Below are positions 53,732-63,800 of a DNA stretch of 64,000 nucleotides, one piece after another (position 1 is the stretch's first letter; every line of letters starts with the position of its first letter). Both the position numbers and the translations under genes were made by a program. Source of the stretch: Bacillales bacterium (GTDB lineage: Bacteria; Bacillota; Bacilli; JARBTR01); assembly GCA_031554185.1 (NCBI GenBank), contig JAVBKE010000023.1, positions 15,597 through 79,596 of the forward strand. The letters run 5' to 3'. A model generated the notes under the pieces. It worked only from the letters and a program-made list of their open reading frames with translations. It did no database searches and was not told where the DNA came from.

Positions 53732-54784
53732 ATGGCACGAACACAAATTAGAGTACAAACCGACATCCGACCAGGTGCAGAAGATCAAGTTCTTCAGGTC
53801 AAAGATGGAATTTTGGACTACGTAAATGTAACAGAAATCACAGACGGTTTTGTTACAGATGCAGAACTGGCAACTGAGTCTACAGCTCGTCAATCTGGAG
53901 ACACAACTCTTCAAACAAACATCGATGCTGTCGTAACGAATCTTGCATCAGAAACTTCTGCTAGAACAGCAGCTGACACAGCTCTGTCAACTCAAGTTGG
54001 TGATGTAGAAGATTCAGTTACTGCCGAGGTCACAGCTCGAACAAGTGCTGACACAGCATTAGGCGCACGGATTGATGGTGTTGTAACAAGCGTTTCGACA
54101 GAAGTTACAGATCGAACAACAGCTGACACTGCTCTGCAAACTCAAATTGATGCTCTTGAATCAAAGGCAAATGTTAGAGGTTCAGTTGATACATTCGCAG
54201 AACTTGAAGCACTTTCAACTACTGATCTAGTAGATGGTGACTCATACATCGTTCTAGCAGACGAAACTCACGACGATGGAACAACAGAGTATGTTTGGAA
54301 TGGAACTGCTTGGGTCTATGCTGGTTCATTCTCAGTTAACTTAGCAGATTACGCCACAGTTACAGCTCTTACGACAGAAACCTCAGCTAGAACTTCTGCT
54401 GATTCAGCTTTGGACACCCGAGTTACAGCTATCGAAGATGCTGATTACATCACAGATGCTCCAGCTGATGGAAAATCATATGTTCGAGTTGATAATGCAT
54501 GGGCACAAAACTCAGCAGTTGGTTCGCTAGTCATCACTGACACAAGCACAACAGCTATCGCAAATGGAACTCAGACAGCTTTCGTTGCAACAGCAACAGG
54601 TTTGACTCCAACTCCAGCAAATTATACCGCACGTGTTTATCGAAACGGTATCTTGATGGAAAAAGGTTCTGGCAACGATTACTTGGAAACAGTCGCAACA
54701 GGAAGCTACACAGCAACATTTGCTACAGCTCCAATGGCTGACGATAAAGTTGTCATCACTCTTACAACATTCGACTTAGTTTAA
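53732..54784 (+). CDS. fibre-like structural protein, paralog family member (conserved N-terminus)
   Basis: N-term MARTQIRVQTDIRPGAEDQVLQV; Thr/Ala-rich repeats; C-terminal domain shared with previous ORF. Confidence 0.5.
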   Translation: MARTQIRVQTDIRPGAEDQVLQVKDGILDYVNVTEITDGFVTDAELATESTARQSGDTTLQTNIDAVVTNLASETSARTAADTALSTQVGDVEDSVTAEVTARTSADTALGARIDGVVTSVSTEVTDRTTADTALQTQIDALESKANVRGSVDTFAELEALSTTDLVDGDSYIVLADETHDDGTTEYVWNGTAWVYAGSFSVNLADYATVTALTTETSARTSADSALDTRVTAIEDADYITDAPADGKSYVRVDNAWAQNSAVGSLVITDTSTTAIANGTQTAFVATATGLTPTPANYTARVYRNGILMEKGSGNDYLETVATGSYTATFATAPMADDKVVITLTTFDLV

Positions 54785-54859
54785 TTTAAACTTGGAAATG
54801 GAGAGGGAATAAAATCCCTCTCCTAGAATGTAAAGTAAAAACGAAAAAGAAAGATTAAA

Positions 54860-55276
54860 ATGGCAGCAACATCTATCAATGTGAATGATATTAAACCGTC
54901 GTCATCTGATGGTGATGTTGTAACTGTAGTCAACGGAAAGCCGACTTGGAGACCTCAGGTTTCTGGGAAAACTTCTACTTCAGTTTTGAACATTTCATCA
55001 AAAACAACTGATGTGATCTTGACAGCTTCAGGAAATCTTTCAGTTGCAGCTCCAACATTTTCTTCTCTATACTATGGAGATAAAAATGGAGCTGTTATTC
55101 GTTTTAGAATTAAGTCATCTGGCGTTTCTAGAGCAATTTCTTGGAATTCGATTTATCGACCAATAGGATTTCCTCTTCCTTTGTCAACAGTTTCAGATAA
55201 ATTGTTATATGTTGGAGCGATTTATAATTCAACTGACGATCGATGGGATGTCTTAGCTGTGAATCAGGAGTCATAA
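54860..55276 (+). CDS. paralog family member (conserved N-terminal anchor motif)
   Basis: N-term MAATSINVNDIKPSSSDGDVVTVVNGKPTW. Confidence 0.5.
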   Translation: MAATSINVNDIKPSSSDGDVVTVVNGKPTWRPQVSGKTSTSVLNISSKTTDVILTASGNLSVAAPTFSSLYYGDKNGAVIRFRIKSSGVSRAISWNSIYRPIGFPLPLSTVSDKLLYVGAIYNSTDDRWDVLAVNQES

Positions 55277-55974
55277 TGCCACCTTCAACTGGGATGACAG
55301 CATGGTGGAGGGCAGATTCGATTTCTCAAGAGGACGGAACTATAGTTTCTTTTTTGCCAGATATTTCTGGAAACAATAATAACTTGATTCCAGTAGGAGC
55401 TGCAACAGGGGCAATTTATTATAACAATATAATTAACGGATATCCCGCTCTTAGATTCAATGGAACGTCTGTGAATACAATGGGATCTCAGACTTTAAAT
55501 GCTTCAGATCTTAATTTTACGATGGTCGCAATAATGTCTCCACAAGATCTTTCTACGAATCATAACATCGTTGACTCAAGCGCAAACGGAGGAAGAAGTG
55601 TCAGAACAGGAACTGTTTCTTACCAAATGGTTGTTAGGGGACTTCAAGCAGGTCCAGTTGCTACAGCGACGACTCTAGTTATAGGAAAACCAGTAGCTAT
55701 ATTTGTTGGTTGTGATTCTTTAACAGTTAATTATTGGACGAATAATGCAGTCGCTGGTGGAGGGAACATAAATGTTTCTTCAACTCCTGGTACATACCAA
55801 ATAGTCGGAGGAGGAACAAGTGTAATGAATGCTTATTTGACAGAAATGATGTTTTATGATCACAAAATCACTTCTTCTGAGAAAGAACAAATAGCTTCTT
55901 ATATACAAAATAAATATTCAATTAACATGGGAATAACAAACAACTTCCAAGGGAACTTTGCTCAACTACTTTAA
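55276..55974 (+). CDS. hypothetical structural protein
   Basis: ATG 55276 after AGGAG (track start 55243). Confidence 0.45.
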   Translation: MPPSTGMTAWWRADSISQEDGTIVSFLPDISGNNNNLIPVGAATGAIYYNNIINGYPALRFNGTSVNTMGSQTLNASDLNFTMVAIMSPQDLSTNHNIVDSSANGGRSVRTGTVSYQMVVRGLQAGPVATATTLVIGKPVAIFVGCDSLTVNYWTNNAVAGGGNINVSSTPGTYQIVGGGTSVMNAYLTEMMFYDHKITSSEKEQIASYIQNKYSINMGITNNFQGNFAQLL

Positions 55975-55989
55975 AACAGGTACAAAATT

Positions 55990-56478
55990 ATGGCAATAAC
56001 AAAAATAAACACACAAGACTTAAAACCATCAACAGTAGACGGAGAATTCTTAGGAACTGTTGGAGATAAAGTTTTGTGGCAAACATTGTCTAATTCTGTT
56101 CCGGCTTTAAACTTCGGTGAAACAAATGAAAAATGGACAGGAAGAAGAGACTATACAGTAGAGTCTAGAATCGATCCAATTACTGGTCAACAAGAATATC
56201 CAAAAATCTATCATAGGTGGTTTAGTTGGGGATTTTTGCCTTCTGCTCAAGCGATAACTAAACCTCACGGAGTTCCTTCGATAAGTACGATGGTGACAGT
56301 TGATGGAGTCGCAAGAATTCCAGGTTCGTTCACAATTAGTCTTCCATTCGGTGCACCTGGAACGACATTGCCAATCTCGATAACAGCTGACTCAACAAAT
56401 ATTATTTTGACAACAGGAAACAATAGAACAACTTATGTTGGATGGATTCGACTTGAATATACATGCACAGATAGATAA
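55990..56478 (+). CDS. paralog family member (conserved N-terminal anchor motif)
   Basis: N-term MAITKINTQDLKPSTVDGEFLGTVGDKVLW. Confidence 0.5.
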   Translation: MAITKINTQDLKPSTVDGEFLGTVGDKVLWQTLSNSVPALNFGETNEKWTGRRDYTVESRIDPITGQQEYPKIYHRWFSWGFLPSAQAITKPHGVPSISTMVTVDGVARIPGSFTISLPFGAPGTTLPISITADSTNIILTTGNNRTTYVGWIRLEYTCTDR

Positions 56479-56506
56479 AATGGTATTATACAGATAGGAA
56501 CACACC

Positions 56507-57598
56507 ATGGCAAAGACTCAATTAAACCCAATCGATATCAAAGAATCATCAACAAATGGAGATGTTTTAAAAACTGTAGATGGGAAAACCCAATGGTCTT
56601 CAAACTCTGGTGGTACAATCCCTACTCTAGAACAAGTCCTTGATTCAGGAAACATTGGAGGATCTCTTCAGTCAATTGATTTTGCCGACGGAGAGTCTGG
56701 TTCGAGTTTTAATTATTCTGGTTTTTCGATAAACAATCCTGACGCTGGGTATTCAGCAATAAGTCCAGGAACAGGATATTTTTCAGATATTTTTGGAAAC
56801 TTTCTTCAACTTGAAGCATCTGAGATCTCAGGAAGATTGATAACAGTAACCACAGCAGATAGAATTCAAATTCCGAATTTAGTTTCTGGAGTCAAAGAGG
56901 TAAATGGGACTGACTTAGGGAGATATTATGAAATCGAGCCAGGAACTCAGACTAAGGTAACAGTTGCTATTGTTGGATATACTCAAATTGGTCTAATGAC
57001 AGCAGCAAATAATCCAGAAAAAATATTCTATCCTGGGATGATAACTACAGTTGTTTTATCTTCTGATAGTGGAAATAGGATGGTGGTATGGGGAAACGTA
57101 GAATCATTCGCAGCAACTCCTCCTGCAGCAGGAATCAATGGAAAGATCCAACATGTTGAATTTAAATACGATGCATCAAGAGATATTTGGATGTGTATGT
57201 CTGTCACTGTTCAGGGAAGACAATATATGTCGCCTCCTCGACAAACATCAGCAGGATTTACATTTAATAATTCATGGAAAAACTTCTCAGCTGACAGACC
57301 TTGCAAATATTTAGTAGAAGGAAATACAGTTCACTTAATAGGGCTTGCTTCTAAGGGGTCAGCATGGGCAGCGAACGAAGTGATCGCGACTCTTCCTAGC
57401 CAGTATTGGCCAAGAGCTGATTATTATAGCACAGGTGGTTTGATATTTCAAACAGCTGCATCGGGAACAGTTTCATCTGGCACAATGATGATTAACCCAG
57501 CAAATGGACAAATCTCAGCAAGAATCGCAGGATCTACTGATCAATGGATTTCGATGTACGGTGTATCATTCTTAATTAATGAACTGCAATTATCATAG
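56507..57598 (+). CDS. paralog family member, fibre-like
   Basis: N-term MAKTQLNPIDIKESSTNGDVLKTVDGKTQW; IPTLEQVLDSGN module shared with 57607. Confidence 0.5.
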   Translation: MAKTQLNPIDIKESSTNGDVLKTVDGKTQWSSNSGGTIPTLEQVLDSGNIGGSLQSIDFADGESGSSFNYSGFSINNPDAGYSAISPGTGYFSDIFGNFLQLEASEISGRLITVTTADRIQIPNLVSGVKEVNGTDLGRYYEIEPGTQTKVTVAIVGYTQIGLMTAANNPEKIFYPGMITTVVLSSDSGNRMVVWGNVESFAATPPAAGINGKIQHVEFKYDASRDIWMCMSVTVQGRQYMSPPRQTSAGFTFNNSWKNFSADRPCKYLVEGNTVHLIGLASKGSAWAANEVIATLPSQYWPRADYYSTGGLIFQTAASGTVSSGTMMINPANGQISARIAGSTDQWISMYGVSFLINELQLS

Positions 57599-57606
57599 GA
57601 GAAATT

Positions 57607-58884
57607 ATGACAAAAACACAAGTAAATCCCAATGACATCAAACCTTCAGAAACTGAAAACTCAGTTATCCAAACGATAAGTGGAAAAGCAGTTTGGTCAA
57701 ATTCTCCAATCCCTCCTGTAGTTCAAACTACTGGAACATCTGTTACAAATGTAATGTCTCAAAATGCAGTTACGTCTAAGATCAATGCTATTCAGGCGTC
57801 GATACTTGATGTTACATACACAGATTCAGTTGCTCCTGCAAATGCTCACAGAATTGGTTATTTCCAAGATGGAGGATCTGTGGAGAGGGCTGTCAACGAA
57901 ACTGTTACTCGAATGGTTGATAACGGAAACAAGACCTATACCTACACAAATGAAGCTGGTACATCGACAGTGATCAATGCTGCTGGCCCTACAGTTGTAC
58001 AATTTCCAGGATCATCGACGACGTCAGTGATGTCTCAGAAAGCTTTCACAGACAGTTTAGACCTGATGTTCAACCAGATAGAAACTATCACATATACAAG
58101 TACTTCTGGTACTCACAAAATTGGTTCTCTTCATGAAGGAAACGGTGAAACAGTCGACATAAAAGAATCTGTGTCGCCTTTGGTTGATAACGGTGATGGA
58201 ACATACACTTACACAGATGAATCTGGGATTTCAACTACGTTTTCTACTGGAGGAAGTTCGTCAATTCCAACTCTAGAACAAGTTTTAAACTCTGGTGATA
58301 AAGGTACAGATCTTCAAAAAATCATGATGGGTGACGAAGCAACTGGGTACACTTCGACATTTGATTATTCAGGACTAGCAGTAACATCTGACGGAAATAA
58401 TTTTACAAATGTTGGACCAACGTTAGTTCAAGTTGACAATGGGTCAGGAGACAATGCATCGTTAACAGCATTAGGTTTGAGTGGAACAGACACAGCAAAA
58501 GAAGCAACAAATTTATGGTTAGGAAATGTTTCTCAAGAATCAGGAAGAGTAGAAGGAGCAATTCAACACTCACTAAATATTGTCGATGAATTCGAAAACT
58601 CTGCCAGAAGATCGGGAGCAACAGTTAACTTAAAGTTCAATGTATCTGTTTTAGGAGATGCAGCAATTCCACCAGGATCTATCATTGGCTCTGTCGACGA
58701 ACAGTTTGCTTCAGATACAGAGATCTTTATCTATGCAAGGTCTGAGCCTGGAGATACTTCAAACAGTAGGGTCATAAGATTCTCAGAAGGAATTTTGTAT
58801 TTGGTGAATGGTCAACAAGCCGGAGAAAGCTTTGGGATATGCTTTGACACAATATATATGACTAACTATTGGGCGACAGCTTAA
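57607..58884 (+). CDS. paralog family member, fibre-like (largest)
   Basis: N-term MTKTQVNPNDIKPSETENSVIQTISGKAVW; two DNG(N/D)xTYTYT modules; IPTLEQVLNSGD module. Confidence 0.5.
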   Translation: MTKTQVNPNDIKPSETENSVIQTISGKAVWSNSPIPPVVQTTGTSVTNVMSQNAVTSKINAIQASILDVTYTDSVAPANAHRIGYFQDGGSVERAVNETVTRMVDNGNKTYTYTNEAGTSTVINAAGPTVVQFPGSSTTSVMSQKAFTDSLDLMFNQIETITYTSTSGTHKIGSLHEGNGETVDIKESVSPLVDNGDGTYTYTDESGISTTFSTGGSSSIPTLEQVLNSGDKGTDLQKIMMGDEATGYTSTFDYSGLAVTSDGNNFTNVGPTLVQVDNGSGDNASLTALGLSGTDTAKEATNLWLGNVSQESGRVEGAIQHSLNIVDEFENSARRSGATVNLKFNVSVLGDAAIPPGSIIGSVDEQFASDTEIFIYARSEPGDTSNSRVIRFSEGILYLVNGQQAGESFGICFDTIYMTNYWATA

Positions 58885-58887
58885 ATC

Positions 58888-59364
58888 ATGTTGTTTAACA
58901 AAAATAAAAAAGATAAAGTAGAAAAAACTATGTTAGAGAATTTTGAAAAAGACTTTAGGGCCCTGTTAGACAATCCAGTTATCGAAGATATTGAAATCAA
59001 AGATCCAAAATCTCAAAAAAGTTTAACAGTTAATGGAATTTTACCAGTCAATCAAAACATCAAGATAACTAGTAAAGATATTCCTATGGAAGAAGATGGT
59101 CAAACATCAATCCAGACCTATCTTAGAGACTCTCTGTTTGCTTTAAATAACAAAGTTGCATATAATCCAAATCAATTTGCAAAAGCTTCTGAAATCAAAA
59201 AAATAAAAACTATAATTAAATCTCAAAACGAAATAATTGAATCGCAAAACCAAAAAATCGATCAATTATTCTCAAGCGTAAAAATTCTTACAGATTATAA
59301 TAAGGCTAAACAGGCAGCGATAAACAAGGCTACCGAAAATAGAATAAAAATCGCAAGGAGATAA
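58888..59364 (+). CDS. hypothetical coiled-coil protein
   Basis: 158-aa ORF. Confidence 0.4.
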   Translation: MLFNKNKKDKVEKTMLENFEKDFRALLDNPVIEDIEIKDPKSQKSLTVNGILPVNQNIKITSKDIPMEEDGQTSIQTYLRDSLFALNNKVAYNPNQFAKASEIKKIKTIIKSQNEIIESQNQKIDQLFSSVKILTDYNKAKQAAINKATENRIKIARR

Positions 59365-59367
59365 CTC

Positions 59368-60018
59368 GTGAAAATAAAAAAAGCAAGCAACTGGAAATGG
59401 TTATATCTAATTCCAGTGATTTTAACGTTATTAGGTGCCGTTTATCTTTATATGCTTGCTTTGGACTTTCGAAAAGCAGAATCAAATATAATTTATGAAT
59501 ACAACAAAACCTCAGCTCAAATTGTAGAAGAATCAATCAACGATTTTGTTTTAAGGGATGGAGATTGGAATGTATACAGGGAATCATATGTTGCATCAAT
59601 GGCTCACTCAGCTGAATTATTAGATTGCAAGCCAGAAATTGTTGCAGTTTTAGGTGATAAAGATTTAAACGTAATAAATGATCGAAATGAAAATAAACCT
59701 AATCCGTTTGATGATCCAGCTATTAGAGAGCAAGTGTTAAATTCTAAGAGTGGAGAGATCTATTCAAATTATGGTAAAGGATCTGAACTAAAGTTTTCAA
59801 GTTCACCAATTAGATATTATTTCACATGGATTCCTGCAGGACAAGAAGATCAATTCTTATTATTAGTAGGATCAACTGAAGATGCAGCTAATCAAAGCTT
59901 TAACAGGATCTTAGTGATTTTAAGTCAAACTATGGTGGGAGTTTTTATCATTGAGTTCGTAATGGTGGACCAAATCAAAAGAGCTAAAAAAACGAGACAG
60001 GGTAATGGGAAAAGATAG
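59368..60018 (+). CDS. hypothetical membrane-anchored protein
   Basis: GTG start; N-terminal TM helix; 216 aa. Confidence 0.4.
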   Translation: MKIKKASNWKWLYLIPVILTLLGAVYLYMLALDFRKAESNIIYEYNKTSAQIVEESINDFVLRDGDWNVYRESYVASMAHSAELLDCKPEIVAVLGDKDLNVINDRNENKPNPFDDPAIREQVLNSKSGEIYSNYGKGSELKFSSSPIRYYFTWIPAGQEDQFLLLVGSTEDAANQSFNRILVILSQTMVGVFIIEFVMVDQIKRAKKTRQGNGKR

Positions 60019-60023
60019 AGATA

Positions 60024-60329
60024 ATGCATCAACCAATAGACTTATTCACAATCATCTTGCACGCTTGTTTAGCTTTAATGGGTGCTTTAGTGAGGGAAAT
60101 TAGAGACTGGGAAAAGGATCGATCGATTCCTGGTTTTATTGGAGGAGCACTATGTGGGGCATTTCTCGGAGTTTTGGCTTATTTGATCTGCAATTCAATC
60201 GGAATGGACGGGTCAATGACAGCTGCTATTGCTGGAATTTTTGGTTATGGTTCGTATCCGATGTTGGATGCATTAGAAAAAAGAGTTCGTCACGCAGTCA
60301 AAAACAAAGACATTTCAAAAAAGAAATAG
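60024..60329 (+). CDS. holin-like small membrane protein
   Basis: 101 aa, 2-3 predicted TM helices, charged C-terminus ending KDISKKK. Confidence 0.4.
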   Translation: MHQPIDLFTIILHACLALMGALVREIRDWEKDRSIPGFIGGALCGAFLGVLAYLICNSIGMDGSMTAAIAGIFGYGSYPMLDALEKRVRHAVKNKDISKKK

Positions 60330-60418
60330 TGTACTTCATGTAAAGTGCGTGGTATGATTGAATAGTCTGGTACGACTTCCGTACTTTAACAACTAGGCAG
60401 GACAAACAAGGAGAATAT

Positions 60419-60811
60419 ATGTCTACTAACAGCGACAGCTCTAACAAGACTAAGTTAACTTGTCACTTAATAATTCAAAAACCACTCAGCCCAAAAATGG
60501 GTAATGATCCAGTTATAAGAATTGATGTTACAGATCAAATCGAGAAGTTTACACCCGTGAATGACTTCTTTATGGAGAGAGATTTTATGGGTATTACAAT
60601 GTCAGAGGACAACGGAAAGACAGGCGGCTTCATTTCTGGTAAAGCCGCCCCAACATACGATGACTTTGATCAACTGAAAACAGCGTTAATTACGTTGATT
60701 GACATCGCAATTGTTAATCAAAAACAGAATGAAAAACTTAAAGACGCAATAGTTCATGAAGTTACAAGAACTCAGAACAGGGCATTCAGGCGCCTACGAA
60801 CGACTAATTAA
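60419..60811 (+). CDS. hypothetical protein
   Basis: 130-aa ORF with AAGGAG RBS. Confidence 0.45.
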   Translation: MSTNSDSSNKTKLTCHLIIQKPLSPKMGNDPVIRIDVTDQIEKFTPVNDFFMERDFMGITMSEDNGKTGGFISGKAAPTYDDFDQLKTALITLIDIAIVNQKQNEKLKDAIVHEVTRTQNRAFRRLRTTN

Positions 60812-60864
60812 ATAAAATAAACTATCCTGCCTATTTGTTAAGGTGTGGTCCAACTTAATCAATT

Positions 60865-60873
60865 TGATATAAT
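60865..60873 (+). promoter_or_regulatory. extended -10 promoter TGATATAAT
   Basis: TGnTATAAT 12 nt upstream of the large ORF start. Confidence 0.35.
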
Positions 60874-60884
60874 AAATAATAATT

Positions 60885-63800
60885 ATGAATCCTTTTGCAA
60901 AAATCTTCAACATAAACAGAAACAAAGAAAAAACAATAGAAAACGATCGAAGGTTGTCAAACGATTACTTGCGAAATGGAAATGCGAAAGCCAAGAGAAC
61001 GATAATCATCGATGAAGAAGACAACAAGGAAACTTCATACTCTGGTTGGTTATACGCAGCGCTGAATGTTCGAGCAGATAACTTTGCTTCTTTTTGTGAA
61101 GAATCTGTCATGCCAGCATTTGACGTAGAAGATGAGAATGTTACAGTAAATCACCCTTATATCAAAATGATCGAGAATTCTCAACGATATGAAGAATACG
61201 ATTTTTGGCACGACATCTTAGCCGATTACGATATTTTTGGTGAATACTTTATTTTCATTTTGCGAAGAGTTGTGTATGAAAAAGATCCAAAAACTGGCAA
61301 ACAAGTATTGACTTATTGCGGGGAGCCTCAATCAATCGAAGTTTTAGATGCTGGAAACATGACTGTTTTGAAGAATGGTTATGGAGAAGTTGTTGGCTAC
61401 AAAGAGCAAGTAGATAGCACTCATTACAGGGAATTCTCAGTAGACCAAATTATTCACAGGATAAATAAGAATCCGATGAACAAGGAATTACCTTATTCTA
61501 TTTTTGATGCTGCTAGAGATTATCAATATACGATTAACAAAGGCAGCGACTATGCAAAAGCTGCTTTAATCAATAACATCAATACCCCTGCAATTATTAG
61601 TTCCCAGCAAGAACTTTCTCCAGATGAATACGATAACTTGGTTGCAAGAATTTCTCAACATGAAGCTGGAAAACCTATTGTTGCTAATGGTGCTGGTGCG
61701 ATTGATTACAAAGAAACAAATCAAAGTTTAGACAAAGCTTCTCTTCCTTCTTTAAATGAAATTAATCGACAAACAATTTATGCCATTACAGGAACTTCAA
61801 AAACTATTCTTGGTATCGAAGAATCAGGAACGACAAGAGAGACAGCTCGAGTCCAAGACAAGAAGTTTACACAAAAAACTATTCTTCCATTGGCAAAACG
61901 AGTTGTTGGCTCACTAAACCTTGATTTTAGAATTCACTATCCTGAAGCTGTAAAAAAATATAATTTAAAACTTGACATTAAAGATCTCACAGATCCTGAA
62001 GATGTTCAAGAAAAACTTACTACTCAAAAACTTTTATTCGACGATATTACAGAAATCGTTTATTCAGGTTACACAGCTCAATCAGCTGAAGATTTCATGT
62101 ATGGTGATATTTCATATACAGCTCTGGTACCTGATGAAGACTCTTCTCAAGATGAAACAGAAGAAGATGTTCCTGGAGGAATTAATTCACCTGAAGAAGA
62201 AGAAGAAGAAGAACCAGTTGACGAAACTCCAAAGGAAACAATGGATGGCGCAGTCGACTTAAAAGAGTCTGATAAACTATTAGTTCCAGAGAACTTTGTT
62301 CGGAATTATGTTCATGACAAAAATTACGTAAGCGACCTTATCATAGAAGAAAACGCAACCCCAAAAGGAAACCCTCACCATGATAAAGTTGGAAAGTTTA
62401 CTTATGGTCCTTATGGAGAATACACAGGTTTGGAAAAAACGACAAAGCTTTGCCAAACAATGAACAAACTTCTTGAGAAACAATATAAGAAGAGAGAAAA
62501 GATGGCGTCGATGGCGTCTGATGAGGAATTTTATAATCAATGGCAAGATCTTAAAGAGAAGTCAGGAGAAGTAATCAAGAATTACATCGAAGCAAATGGT
62601 GGTGATTACAACAAGTTGATGACGATGGAAAGTGATTGGGTAGGAAATGACTACAAGACAATTGAAGATCACATTAAAAACAAAGACTCAAAAGAATTAG
62701 AGTTGATGAATGCTCTTCAGCAAGCATATTTTCACGAAGCAGGAATTAAGGAGATTACCCTTGAAAGAGGTGTCTATGGGGATCAAGCAAAAAAACTAAA
62801 AGAAGCACAAAAAAGCGGGAAATCGATAGATCTTGGACCTGACTACGCAACTTCATTTACAGGAGATCATTATGCTGCAGTTGATTACGCTGATGGTGCT
62901 TCATTTACTGCTCCAGATGACATATCAGACTCTGTAGTTATTAAGAAAACAATTCCAGTAGATCAAATAGTCTATTCTACAGAGGTCCTTAGAGGAAAAG
63001 CTGGATCGTTAAAAGATGAATTTATCGTGACTATGCCAAAGGGAATGAAGATCGATCCAAGTGATATCGAAGTGATTAATTCGCTGGAAGATGTTGTCAC
63101 AAATAATATTGAAGATGAACACGATTTTAGCCCAAAGATCACCGAAGAGCATCAAGGTTGGGTAGGAGCTAAGGTAACGCCTATTGAGGTTTCTGACAGG
63201 CTAAGTGATGAATTGAAAATTCAGCTTGCAGATGAAAGTTTAATGGATGCCGAACAAGAGGCAACGAACAGTCCAGGACAAGAAAATCCTCACTTCACTG
63301 TTGTTTATGGTTTGAAAGAGGAAGCTTATAAAAATGATATTAAAAAACTTTTTAAAGATTTAGTTCCAAAAGAAGTAGAGATCGAATCAATTGAAAAATT
63401 CGACCTAGACAATGACGACTCTGATGTAATCGTCGCTAAGGTAAAAAAGACCCCAGAGCTAGAAGCTATGAATAAAGCTTTCTTGGAGCTACCTCATTAC
63501 GACCAGAAATTTCCAGATTACACTCCGCATGTTTCTTTGGTTTATGTCAAAAAAGATGCAGACGACAAAGAAATCATTGACTCATTTCAAGATTTAGTTG
63601 GTAAGAAACTTAAAGTTGCTGGAGCTGACTATGGTAAGAATTCTCCAATGACAACAAATCAAAAAGAAATCGATTTTGAGAATCATACTCACGATGGTGG
63701 TGAATTTACAATAGATGATCATATTAACTCTGTGTTTTCTAAGCGGCTTAATGATCTTGGTGAATTAGATGACTATTCTAAGACACAACAAGCTCAACTT

